Assembly: GCA_964016885.1 (NCBI GenBank)
Contig: OZ024740.1
Coordinates: 123,938,001-124,002,000 of the forward strand
Direction: 5' to 3'
DNA from: Eledone cirrhosa
Lineage: Eukaryota
Length of the DNA stretch: 64,000 nt
The stretch's first letter is position 1; the number at the start of each line of letters is the position of its first letter. Shown here piece after piece: positions 25,107 to 37,849 of the stretch. Under the pieces are notes generated by a model. The model did no database searches, had not been told where the DNA came from, and was given only the letters and a program-made list of their open reading frames with translations. The translations under genes and the position numbers were made by a program.

Positions 25107-25228
25107 TCCAAACAATTGTTTCATTATAAGTTTTCTACAATTTGGGAAAATGTGTCCGGGTTATGTAGAAGCCTGCATATTTTTCTGTAAGAACATATGC
25201 AGGTGAGCACGTATAAATCATCAGTGGA
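25107..25228 (-). ncRNA. Type I hammerhead ribozyme with large loop II
   Basis: UCCA-CUGAUGA-U-UUAUA...(~80 nt)...UAUAA-U-GAAA-CAAUUG-UU-UGGA. Confidence 0.65.
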
Positions 25229-25449
25229 TGCCCGTCAAACATTGATATAAGAAAAAAATCTCTTACCACCGTCAGTTTTCGTGTCAGCAAATTGTCCCCC
25301 CACGCATCATAGTGACCGCCAAAAATTTGAAATTCCAGCAGTCTCAGAATGAGGAATTTCACAGCGTCACGAAGCGGAAACTTCTATATATATATACTTA
25401 TATATATATATATATATAAGTATATATATATAGAAGTTTCCGTTGCAAA

Positions 25450-27254
25450 TTGAAAAAGTCATACGAGTGAAGATTGTTCTATGTAAGTACTAGAGCTAAA
25501 TTTAATGTATAATAAACAATACAATATAATTACCTCATTACCAGAGGTTTCCCGAATAAGACGAATACGAAAAACGTCCTCATTCGTTCGTCGGACAAGG
25601 CATTTTAAAACATAGTGAAACATTTGAAAAATCTCCTCAAGAAAGGCAAGAGTTTAACGGGCAAAAAAAAAATATAAATAAAAGTAATGCAAGAGATATA
25701 TAAAAATATATAAGGAAATATACTTAGGATATGTGTATATGTATGTATATTCACTCACAAATGTACATATGTGTGTATGTACAAATGCATGTGTATAGTG
25801 AAAATGTGTGCGTAAGTACATATATGAGGGCAAGTATATTTGTGTATGTGTGACCACAAATACGTATATAATATGAGTTGAAAAAGAAATTGTAAGATAA
25901 TATAGCTAACATACATCCAGATACAGGTATTAAATATATACACATACGAGTATGAAAGCACGCGTATAAGCACACATACGCGCTCGATCACTTATATGTA
26001 GAAGATAAAGAGGGAAGGGAGTGTGATAGTAAAAAGAAGTGACATTCTTAATATAAGTATAAAAATGAAACAATATATGAGAATGAAAAAAATGTTTAAA
26101 TCAAAGAGAAAGTAAGAGTGAGGGGTTATCAATTATAAATTAACACTAGAAAAAAAGAAAAAACAAACATAGGTACGCACGTACACACACATATATATAT
26201 ACAAACATATATACATACAAATACGTACAGACAAAAGCGCATGCATGCGTACATACATACACACGAGGCACATATATATATATATATATATCGCCACATG
26301 TATATCTAATCACACGTACGTACGCGACTATATATATATATATATATATATACATACACACCCATACATACATATACACACATATATATATATATACATA
26401 TACACATACATTCACCCACATACACACACACGTATAAATAAGTATGTAAAAAACATAGATATAAAAACACACATACACACACACATATATATACGCATGC
26501 ACGCACATATACGGAGGCGTTTGTATACATATACAGAACGTATACACATATGCACACTCACACGCATAGATACACATTATAAACCAACCGTGTGAATAAA
26601 TGAGTACAAATATAAAAGCGGCTGCGAAACAACAGAATATATCTGGTGTTGAAAACGCAAGTGACATGTGATATCAGATAGTGAAAGAAAATGGGGAAAT
26701 AAAATGTGGAATGTGAAGATATTAGGTAATTGAATCAAAAATCTGGGGGGGGGGGTCACTGGTGGATGTGAAGTAAAAATAAAAATAAAATTAAAAATAA
26801 AGTTAAAATTCAGAAAGAGAAGTCTATAAAGAGGATAATATAAGGAAAGTGAAGAACAAGAGTTTATGGAGTATAAGTATCTGAAAGTGAGTTAAGTTTA
26901 TATGAGCTGGAAAGCAAGTGTGATTTCATGTGTGGGCAACTGGTGAAAATTTCTGTTTTTGCGTTTAGGCAGGTTTTTGGTGATTTAAGGTTCTGTAAAA
27001 TCCAATACTTTTCACTTATGCAGAGTGTGCATCTTCTTGTTCCTCTTGCATATTCTTTAGATTGGTTCAAAATTGCCAATCCAATTTATATTCGATACCT
27101 TGGTCTTTCAAATCCCATATTCTGTTAGCCAGAGCTGTTGTAAATCTTGTTTCTGGATGTCGGAAAGATGCGACATGTGAGTAATAACGCGTTTTGAATT
27201 TGTCTTGTGTCATACCCACATATCGTTCGCTGGTGGCTGGTAGGTTGTTGTTGA
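25450..27254 (-). mobile_element. PLE remnant: frameshifted GIY-YIG endonuclease and long low-complexity 3' region
   Basis: ERYVGMTQDKFKTRYYSH...TALANRIW (27067-27250), then RCTLCISEKYWI...LNAKTEIFTSCPH (26864-27079). Degenerate CCGACGA...GAAA at ~25545-25596. Confidence 0.85.
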
Positions 27255-27278
27255 TATATATATATATATATATATATA

Positions 27279-30200
27279 CTGTTTCTAGCACACCTATGGA
27301 CCACCGTGGGGTTTCAACTATTTGGTTGCTATTTCTGGCAAACCTATGGACCGCCAAGGGGCTCCTTCTGTTTAGATGATGTAGATGTTATTTCTAGCAC
27401 AACTGAAGACCAGCATTAGATTCCCTGTTTAGCTAAAGTAGCTGCTATTTCTAGCACACCTGTGGACGACGATGGGGGTCCCGCTAATTAGCTGCTATTT
27501 CTAAAACACCTATTTCTGGCACACATATCGACAACAATCTGGTTCCAATTATTAGCTGCTAAATTAGCAGCTACATCAGGTAAAGAAGGGGCACCTCATG
27601 GCCATCCGTGTTTGTGCTATAAATAGTGGCTAATTAGGCGGAAAAATATGACGATCCATAGGTGTGCTAGAAATAGCAGCTAAATAGGGAAAAACCTCAT
27701 GGTACACCATAGGTGTGCTGGAAATAGCAGCTAAATAAGGAAAACCTCATGGTGGTTCATATGTGTGCTAGAAATAACAGCTAATTAAGGGAATATTTAT
27801 GGTGGTGCATAGGTCTGCTAGAAATAGCAGCTAAATAGGGGAAACCTAATGTTAGGGGAAACCTTATGCTAGAAATATTAGCTAAATAGGAGGAATCTCA
27901 TGTTGGACCATAGGTGTGCTAGAAATAACAGCTACATTAGTTAAACAGGGGGTATTTGATGATGGTCCATATGTGTGCTATAAATAGCAGCTACATCAGC
28001 TAAAAAGGTGGTCCATTGGTGTGCTAGAAATTGCAGCTAATTAGGTGGAACCTCATTGTGGTCAAAAGGGTTAGCTAGAAATAGCAGCTACACCAGTTAA
28101 ACAGTTGAAATCTCATAGTAGTCCATAGCTGTGCTAGAAATAGCAGCTAAAATTGTAGATCCCTAGGTGTGCTAGAAATAACAGCTAAATTGGGGAGACC
28201 TAATGGTTGTCCATAGGTGTACTAGAAATAGCAACTAAATAGTGTACTACATGGTAATCCATAGATGTGCTAGAAATAGCAGCTAAATAGGAAGAACCGA
28301 ATGCTGGTCCATTGACATGCTACAAAAAGCAGTTACATCAGCAAAACAGGGGGAAACTCCTCATGGTGCATAGGTGAGCAAGAAATAGTAGCTACATCAC
28401 CTAATCAGGGAACCTCATTGTGGTCAATAAGTGTGCAAGAAACAATAGCTGTATCAACTAAACAGAGGGAAAATCATGGTTGTTCATGGGTGATTAGAAA
28501 TAGCAGCTAAAGAGAGGAAACTCAATATGGTCAATAAATATGCTAGAAATTGAAGCTGAACAAGGGGAATCACATAGTGGTCCATTTGCATGTTATTAAT
28601 AGTAGTTAAATAAGGGAACTACATGGTGGTCATAGTTGTGTTAGAAATAGCAACTAAATTGTGGAAAGCAAATTGCTAGAAATACCAGCAACATCAGCTG
28701 AAAAGAGGGAACACGATGGTGGTCCATAGGTGTGCTAGAAAAAGCATCTACATAAGTTAAACACAGGGAACACCATGAGGTGTTCCATAGGTGTGCTAGA
28801 AATAGCAGCTAAATAGGGAAACCTATTGCTAGGGGATAACCTTATGCTAGAAATAGTAGCTAAAAAGGAGGAACCTCATGTTGGGTCATAGGTGTGCTAG
28901 AAATAGCAGTTACATCAGCTAAACAGGTGATACATATGCTGGTTCATAGATCTGCTAGAAATAGCAGCTAAAGAGGGAAAAACTTATAGTGGTTTATAGG
29001 TGTGCCAGAAATAGCAGCTAAATAGAGCGACCCTCATGGTGGTACATATGTGTCCTAGACATAGCAGCTAAATAGGGGGAATCTCTTGGTGGTCCATAGG
29101 TGTGATATAAATAGTGGCTGAATGGAGGGAACCCCATTGTGGTCTATAGGTCTGCTACAAATAGCAGCTAAATAGTGAGTACCTCATGGTGGTCCATATG
29201 TGTACTAGAAATAGGAGCTATATAACGTAAAGCGTGGGAACATCATGATGGTCCGTAGGTATGATGAAAATAGCAGCTACATCAGCTAAACGGGGAGAAC
29301 CTCACGATGATCCAGTGGTGTGCTCGAAATAGCAGCTACATCAGCTAAACAGAGAAAACCTGTTGGTGGTTCATAGATGTGTTAGAAATAGCAGCTAAGT
29401 AGTGGGAACCAAATGGTGATCCATAGGTGCGCTAGAAATAGCAGCTACATCAGCTAAACGAGGGGAAACTCTTGCTGGTTCATAGGTGTGCTAGAAATAA
29501 CAGATAAATAGAGGGGATCTCACGGTGGTCCATTGGTGTATTAGAAATAGCAGCAATATAGGGAAACCTCGTGGAGGTACATTGGTGTGCTAGAAATAGC
29601 TGTTACATCAGCTAAAAAAGGAGAACCTCATGGTGGTCTACATGTGTGATAGAAATAGCAGCTACATAGGGGAACATCATGGTGGGCCATATATGTGCTA
29701 GAAACTGCAGCTAAATAGGGTAACCTCATGGTAGTCCATAGGTGTGCTAGAAATAACTGCTCAATAGGGGGAACCTGATAGTGGTCTGCAGGTGTGGTAG
29801 AAATAGAAGCTAAATGGCGGAACAACATATTTGTCCTTAGGTGTGCTAAAAATAGCAGGTATATCAGCTAAAAAAAGAAGAACCTCGTGGTGGTCTATAG
29901 ATGTGCTAGAAATAGCAGCTAAATAGGAAGAACCTAATTGTGGTCCGTTGACATGCTACAAAAAGTAGTTACATCAGCAAAACAGGGGGAAACTCCTCGT
30001 GGTGCATAGGTGAGTGAGAAATAGTAGCGACATCACCTACACAGGGGAACCTCATAGTGGTCAATAAGTGTGCAAGAAACAGCAGCTGCATCAACTAAAC
30101 GGAGGGAAACTCATGATTGTCCATGGTTGACTAGAAATAGCAGCTAAATAGGAAGAACCGCAAGGTGTGCTAGAAATAGAAGGTAAATAGAGGGACCGTC

Positions 30201-31855
30201 ATGGATGTGCACAGATGTGGTAGAAATACCAGCTAAGTAGGGGAACGTCATATGGTATTTAGGTGTGCTAGAAATAGCAGTTAAATATGGAGAAACGCAT
30301 GGTGGTTCATAGGTGTGCTAGAAATAGCAGCTATATAGGGGGAACCCCGTGTTGGGCCTTATGTGTGTTAGAAATTGCAGCAAAATAAAAAGAACCTCAT
30401 GGTGGTCCATAAGTGTGCTAGAAATAGTAGCTAAATAGGGGAACCACATGGTGGTCCGTATGTGTGCTAGATATAACAGCTATGGTGATCCATAGGTGTG
30501 AGATACATTGCAGCTACATCAGCTAAACAGTGGCACCTCATGATAGTCCATAAATATGCTAGAAATAGCAACTAATGATAGGAGGAACCTCATGGTAGGC
30601 CATAGCTGTACTAGAAATAGCAACTACATCAGCTCAACTGGGACTAGGATATCATTATTGTGGTCTATAAGTGTGCTAGAAATAGCAGTTATATAGAGGG
30701 AACCATAGGTGATCCATAGGTGTGCTTTAAATGGCTCTACATCAGCTAATAAGGTGTAACCTCATGCTGGTATGCAGGTGTGTTAGAAATAGCAGCTAAA
30801 TAGTGGAACCCCATGTTGATCCATAAACGTGCTAGAAATGGCAGCTAAATAGGAGGAACCTCACGGATGTCCACAGATGTGGTAAACATACCAGCTAAAT
30901 GGGGGGGAATGGCAAAGTGGTATATAGGTGTGCTAGAAATACCAACAACATCATCTACATATAGAGAACCTCATGATGATCCATATGTGTGCTAGAAGTA
31001 GTAGCTAATTAGGAGGAGTCTCATGTTGATCCATAGGTGTGCTAGAAATGGCAGCTAAATAAGATGACCTGGTGGAGGTCCACAGATGTGGTAGAATTTC
31101 CAGCTAAATAGGGAGACGTGATAGTGGTAATTAGGTGTCATAGAAATATCAGCTTTATCAGCTAAATAGGGAACCTCATAGTGGTCCATAAGTGTGCTAG
31201 AAATAGCAGCTAAATAGGGGGAAACTCATGGTGTTCCAGATGTGTGTTAGCAATTACAGCTAAATAAAAGGAAGCTCATGGTGGTCCATAATTGTGCAAG
31301 AAATAGCAGCTAATTAGGGGGAACCACATGGTGGTTTATGTGTGTGCTAAATATAGCAGCTAAGTAGAAGATCCTCATGGTGATCCATAGGTGTGATATA
31401 TATCGCAGCTACATCAGCTAGACAGGGGGACCTCATTGTGGTCCATAAATATGCTAGAAATAACAACTAAGTAGGAGGAACCTTATGGTGGTCCATAGCT
31501 GTGTTAGAAATAGCAGCTATATCCGCTAAACACAGGGGGCGTTATGGTGGTTCATAGCTCTGCTAGAAATAGCAGCTAGATTGGGTAAAACAGATGCTGG
31601 TATATAGGTGTTCTAGAAATAGCAGCTAAATAGGGGAAACCTCATAGTGATCTATAGGGTAGCAAGAAATAGCAGTAAAATAATAAGAACTATGAAGGAG
31701 CTAAAATTAGCTGCTAAAGACGGGGAATATCATAGCGATACAAAAATGTGCTATAAATAGCAGCTAAATAGAGGGAACCTCATGGTAGTCCATAAATGTG
31801 CTTGAAAAATAAGCTAAATACGGGGAACCTCATGCAGATCCACATGTGTGGTAGG
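27279..31855. repeat. Satellite array of ~50-bp and ~60-bp units (~80-85 copies) with an internal inversion
   Basis: Consensus GGTCCATAGGTGTGCTAGAAATAGCAGCTA[CATCAGCTA]AATAGGGGAACCTCATGGT. The first ~5 units are inverted (27279-27560). Confidence 0.97.
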
Positions 31856-31859
31856 ATAG

Positions 31860-32910
31860 TTCAGAGAATCTATTGTATACACTAATTGTATACCGACTGG
31901 TGAGTTCCTTATTTGATGACACTAACCTGCAGTCAATTTGTTTCAACAAGTTAGCTAAAAGCAGGCATAGTTCCTATCCCCCAAAACTACCGGGGATTAT
32001 CATTTATGCCCATTGTTGCCATATTCTACAAACTAATCCTCAACCATATAGTTCCATATGTTGATCCAATCCTTCACATCAACCAAAACGGTTTTAGGTG
32101 TGGTAGATCTGCACTAGCTCAGATTTTGGCCTTAAGAGGAGTAGTGGAAGAGATGAGGAACTTCAACAGATAAATGGCTTTAGATTTTGTTGACTATAGA
32201 AAAGCTTTTGACAGCATAAACAGAGACATTCTGTTTAAAATTCTACTCTTGTATTTGATCCCAGCAAGACTTGTGGAAGCAATAAAGGCTCTGTATTTGA
32301 AAATATGTGCTACTATCATCACCCCTGATGGCCCAACAGCATTCTTTAACATCTCAGGATGAGGGATGCAGAGTGACACTCTTACCCAGTTCTCTTTATC
32401 ATTGCACTAGACTACACTCTGAGACTTTCAATTGACAAAATCAATAACAAAGGTATAATCATCAAACCCCGCAATGAGCTCTAGGCACCCCTCTAAACAT
32501 CTCACTGACCTAGACTTTGTGGATGACATTGTGCTTCTTGCAGATTTCCTAGAAATTGTGCAACAAATTTTGACATCCCTCCAGGAAGCAGTTGCCCTTG
32601 TTGGCCTTCATCACAATGAGGATAAAATAGTACATATCAAACTGTACAGGCAACAACATCAAAGAAATCAATGGCAGTGATATCAAGCAAATTGAGGATT
32701 TTAAGTATCTCGGGTCCTGAGTCGGTGTCCCCATTAGAGCTTTGGAAACCACAAGCAGTCTGAATAACAGTGGGTGCAAGCTCTCCTATCCCAATGTCAT
32801 CTTCAGAGATTCTGGTATTGAAATCCAAGACTTAGCAACGACCATGAACGACAGACCCATGTGGAGATCAATTGTTGACTTTATTTCGGGTGAGGACAAC
32901 GGATGATGAA
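31860..32910 (+). mobile_element. Decayed RTE-like LINE RT fragment (a different family)
   Basis: NYRGI, NQNGFRCGRS, FVDYRKAFDSI, LTDLDFVDDIVLL, DFKYLGS. Ends with ggatgatga. Confidence 0.85.
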
Positions 32911-32991
32911 ATGCTGGCTGGTAATATGTGTGTGTGTGTATATATATGTATATATGTATATATATATGAACAATTAAGTTAAAGATAGGTA

Positions 32992-33036
32992 AATATTGCT
33001 GATGAGTTGTAACAACAACGAAACTAGTTCAATATT
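32992..33036 (+). ncRNA. Minimal type I hammerhead ribozyme
   Basis: AAUAUUG-CUGAUGA-GUUGU-AACA-ACAAC-GAAA-CUAG-UU-CAAUAUU: canonical core, G-C closing stem II, 7-bp stem I. Confidence 0.9.
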
Positions 33037-33357
33037 CCTTGTCTGGCTTTCTGGAGAATAGGGGGAAGGTGTTCCCCCGAAAAACCAGTATGACTCTAAA
33101 AACCGGTTTGTCTGTGTGTTTACATACAGAATAGCTGGGCCGCTCACTGTAAAGCGACCAGTGAAAGACTTGGTACACCTACATATGTATACGTGTGTGT
33201 ATTCATATACACACTAGTATTTCAGTATGCATATGTAGATGTACATTTTTTAACTTAATTGTTTAAGCGTCAGTCATACAAAAGTGAGTTACAAACGAAA
33301 CGAAATTTAATTTCGTTTCGTTATTTGTTTTTATATATATATGTATATATATATATA

Positions 33358-33400
<43 letters not shown>

Positions 33401-33482
33401 ATATATATATATTCCGCCGGAGAAACAATTGTAACACACAATAAATTGAGTTCAGATGTATCACTGATTTTTCGTCTTATAT

Positions 33483-33519
<37 letters not shown>

Positions 33520-33560
33520 ATATATATGTATATATGTGTATATATATATGTATATATATT

Positions 33561-33664
<104 letters not shown>

Positions 33665-33667
33665 TAT

Positions 33668-34252
33668 ATATCACAATAAATTAACGGAGGCATAGGCCCT
33701 CGCTATTCCCTGTAAATAATGTGCTCAAAGGAGAAGAAATCCTGAGCTCTTTAAAATACAATATGTTGAAAAGGTAACACACCAGAGAGAGATATACAGT
33801 GCGCTATCAATAAAACAGGGAAAAAAACACCAGTGTGTGGAATCTATAACCTATGAAAGGCAGACTATAGACACGATAATAAAAAATATAAATTAAAGCG
33901 TAAATATATACCTCTATAACTATATAACACACGTACAAATCCAAAGATACTAATCCAAAGATATGTTTCACCAGTAATTTGTTGAAAGAAATGGGTTAGC
34001 CTCGGTTCATCAGCGTGTGTAAGGCTATACATTTCAGACAACACTAAGAGAATTTTAAAAGTGACTGTCCAGCTACATGTGGGAGAGAGAAATCACAGCA
34101 TGTTTAAGGGAAGTGAACCAGTGGCCTCTGAGGGACGAACTGCTAGAAAGGGCAGCCCAAAGCCACTCAGAGAAGTGTGCTCAACCAAACAGAGTTAGGA
34201 AAGACTGTTATTAGGAGCGAAATATCACGATAAATTAACGGAGGCATAGGCC
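33668..34252 (-). mobile_element. pLTR-like unit with 31-bp terminal direct repeat (554-nt period) and degenerate hammerhead
   Basis: atatcacrataaattaacggaggcataggcc at 33668 and 34222. Minus strand CUGAUGA-ACC...GGU-GAAA-CAUA-UC at ~33960-34013. Confidence 0.6.
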
Positions 34253-37200
34253 TTGGTTTGGATGGAAGTTTTCCCACTTGAGGCAAGAGTGATTGTCTTG
34301 CTCGCATAGGACTGTCTGGCGGGTTTTCTACAGCTGGATGCCCTTCCTAACACCAACCACATTTACAGTGTGGGGCTGGGAGGTGTTTACCGTGTTGCCT
34401 ACACGGCCACATTACAGCGTGGACTGTCTGTTTTTTTGTCGTGACACCTACACGATCTCATTTGTTTCGGCCTGGATGTTGTGGCACCAACATAAATTTA
34501 CATTGAAAGGGGTTGTGTGGATGGGGTGGGGGTGGTGGGACGAGGTGTATTTTGTTAGAGATGCCTACTGACTGTAGTAGGTTTTACTTTGTATTTAGGT
34601 AAGGCGGGTCTTCTCTATTACTGAGTACCGCCAAAGGTCTCGGTCCAGGGACATTGTCTTGGTGAGGTGTAAGTGTGTGAGGTCGGAATTTATCAGTTCG
34701 TCCCAGGTTTTTCTGGGTCTGCCTACTCCGTGTCTACGATCTATCTTTATTGCCCTGCACTTTGTTATACAGCTATCGCCTTTCATGCGCATCACGTGAC
34801 CATACCAACGTAGCCTTCTCTCGAGTAAACAACATCTGATCCCTCTTATTTCTAATTTTTTTCTTAGTTCGTTTATGCTTTGCCGTTCACGTATATTACT
34901 ATTACACATCCAGCGAAGCATGCAAGCTTCGTTCCTCTCTAGTCTGCGTATATCCTCTGCACACAATGCCCAGGTCTCACTGCCATGCAACATTGCTGTT
35001 CGTATGCAGGCATCATACAACCTGCCTTTCATTTTTAGGGAGAACCCTTTAGTGGCTAATAGTGGTATAAGCTCTCTGAACTATTTCCATCCAGTTCTGA
35101 CTCTAGCTACTGTACTTTCAGAGCACCCTCCCCCACTGCTGATTTTGTCACCCAGGTAACGGAAGCTGTCCACTATTTCTATAGAACCCTCTGCGGGGTT
35201 GAAAGAGCTAGTATTTTGTGGGCACTTGCTGCTACTTATTGCACCAGAGCACCGGCCACATGTAAAATCTATGTTCTTAGTTAGCTTGCCTGTGATCCCA
35301 CTACATCTTTTATACACCCATACTTTGCATTTGGGACATACAATAGAGTTTGTACCTACGCCTTTCCTACACACTGAGCATGGCCACATCCTGGAAGGGA
35401 CCGCCGCCTTATTTTCTTTCTTACAAACTAGAACTTTAGTCTTAGACAGGTTAATTTTAAGGCCTTTTGATTCTAGGCCGTGCTTCCATGTTTGGAATCT
35501 CTTCTCTAGCTCGGCCATTGATTCAGCTATGAGTGTTAGGTCATCTGCGTATAGGAGTTCCCATGGGCAGCCGGTCTTGAACTCCTCTGTTACAGCCTGA
35601 AGGGCAATAATAAATAGTAGGGTGCTAAGAACAGAGCCCTGATGGACACCAACTTTTACGCTAAACTCTTCACTATATTCGTTGTTAATTCTAACCTTGC
35701 TGACTGTTTCTTTATACATGGCTTGTATAGCTCTCACAAGCCATTCGTCAATACCTAGTTTTCTAAGAGCACACCCGATAATGGAACGGGGGACTCTGTC
35801 GAAAGGCTTTCTCCAAGTCGACAAATGCTTAGTATAGGGGTTTACTTTTAGCTAGGTACTTCTCCTGTAATTGTCGTACAATGAAAAGACAGTCTGTGGT
35901 ACTTTTGCCTGACACAAACCCGAACTGCATTTCATCTAGATCAATTCTCTCTCTGATTAGTTGCGCTATTACTTTTTCCGTGACCTTCATGACCTGGTCA
36001 ATTAATTTAATGCCTCTATAGTTACTCCTATCTAGAGCATCTCCTTTACCTTTATAACAGTTAACGATGATGCTGCTACGCCAGTCCTTCGGGACAACCC
36101 CATTCTGTACGATTTGGTTAACTATCCGGGTGACCATGGTGTGTCCCACCGTTCCAGATGCCTTCAGCATCTCAGCAACTATTTCCGAAGGCCCAGCCGC
36201 CTTACCCCTCTTCATATCTTTGATTGCCTTACTTATTATACTACCCTCGACTAACACTGCTGGTCCCTCTATTGGGTCGATGTGGGGGAGACTGTCTTTC
36301 TCCCATTTATTCTCCTCATTTAGTAGCCTTTCGTAGTGACACTTTCAAGCTAACTTCTTATCAGCGTCGGTGATGGCAAGTACGCCGTCATCATTAAGTA
36401 CACACTTCTCCCCGACAATATCACGGTTTTCCTTGACACATTGCCTAGCAATCCTGAACACCTCACGTTTTTGGTCATCGCGTTGTAGAACATGCTTGAA
36501 CTTTCTTTCCTCTGCTTCCCTCCTTGCGAAGTACACTTGTCTCCTAGCTTCCCTCCTGGCCACTTGATAGTCTTCTCTACTACCCCCATCCCGCCATACT
36601 TTCCAAGCCTGCTGTTTGGCCTTAATTGACCCCTCCACCTTACTGTTCCACCACCATGTTACTCTCCTCCTGCCTACAGGCCTGCTCCAGCCACAGACTT
36701 CGTCTGCCGCCATCAGCAGGTTTGCTTTCAGGAATTCCCACTGTTCCTCTATATTGTACGACTCTAATTGCTCTTCCTTATTGTCGAAAGCATCAAGTAG
36801 TATACTTTTAAATTTATTTCTGGCTGTGGAGTCCTTTAGCTTCCATATTTTTCTCCTGAAGATAGTCCTCTTCTGCTGTCTAGTACGTCTCGTCCTGGCT
36901 ATTAGGTCGCTAATTATCAGTCTATGTTGGGATGTGCATTCTTCATGGGGGAGGGATTTAATGTTTACAACAGACACTCTGTCACGTCTTCTGGTAAGGA
37001 TATAATCTACCTGGCTTGTGTGTTCCCCCGATCTATAGTTGATCAGGTGATTGTCACATTTGTTTAAGTTAGTGTTACAGATAGTTAGGTTATTTGCGTC
37101 ACAGAATTCCATGATTCTGGAGCCTTCCTCATTTCTAGTACCAAACCCATAGCCTCCATGGATTTCATTGTAGCCGTCACAATGTTGTCCAACGTGACCA

Positions 37201-37395
37201 TTTAGGTCGCCTGCAATAATTATATAGTCATTGTCGGTTATTTGGGAGGTAGTGAGCATCAGTGTCTCATAGAATCTGTCTTTTATAGTGCCGGGCAGTC
37301 CGGATTGGGGTGCGTACGCAGATATTACTGTCACCGTAGTTCTATTGAGGACAAGTCTTATTTTAATTATTCTGTCGTTCATTATTTGTGACATA
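34253..37395 (-). mobile_element. RTE-clade LINE (APE endonuclease, RT, PHD), 5'-truncated; same family as 5505-8067
   Basis: ORFs 36345-37394 (SAYAPQ, AGDLNGHVG, QVDYIL, SQHRL), 35829-36257, 35081-35824 (YADD, PHD) and 34595-35032. Contains stops and a frameshift. Confidence 0.96.
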
Positions 37396-37849
37396 TTGCT
37401 TAAGTAAATAGTTATTTAGAATATTACAATCATACCACATGTAATCTATAGCCAAAAAATGGGTCTCAATTATCATAGACATTTTACCATATCAAAATCC
37501 AATAAAAAACGAGCCCGCCATATAAACCTAACCACATTACGCATACATCTCCACACCTATGGAGCCAACGATCTTCTAATCTTAAAAAACCTCCCCACAA
37601 AAGAACCCTATTGCTAATTTAGTAACCACTAACACAAGCAAATAGCATTGACCAGTAAGTAATATCAATAATGAACAAGGTCACAATGCAAATGCCAAAC
37701 AGGACACAAATAACCGGTCCAAACAGGTATGCTGTAAAAACGAAAGCTGTATGCCCACCGTGACTTAAGAGTTGCAACCATCAATGTAGGGATGTTGGAA
37801 GATAGGTCAATTGAGATTGTGTGTGTTCTTGCTGTGAGCCAGTCTTTTA

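Noticed and set aside
27900-31450. Hammerhead in the long satellite unit (minus-strand CUGAUG)
   Set aside because: The motif is CUGAUGU and the GAAA lies on the opposite strand, so no core can be assembled.
27660-31800. Resemblance of gctagaaatagcagytaaatagg to the SpCas9 sgRNA scaffold (GCTAGAAATAGCAAGTTAAAATAAGG)
   Set aside because: The GTTTTAGA lower stem and the downstream tracr hairpins are absent, the scaffold's GAAA loop is engineered, and units are old and diverged. Best explained as coincidence, not contamination.
27279-31855. CRISPR array
   Set aside because: Inter-repeat segments are homologous to one another rather than unique spacers, the repeats are degenerate, there are no cas genes and the context is eukaryotic.
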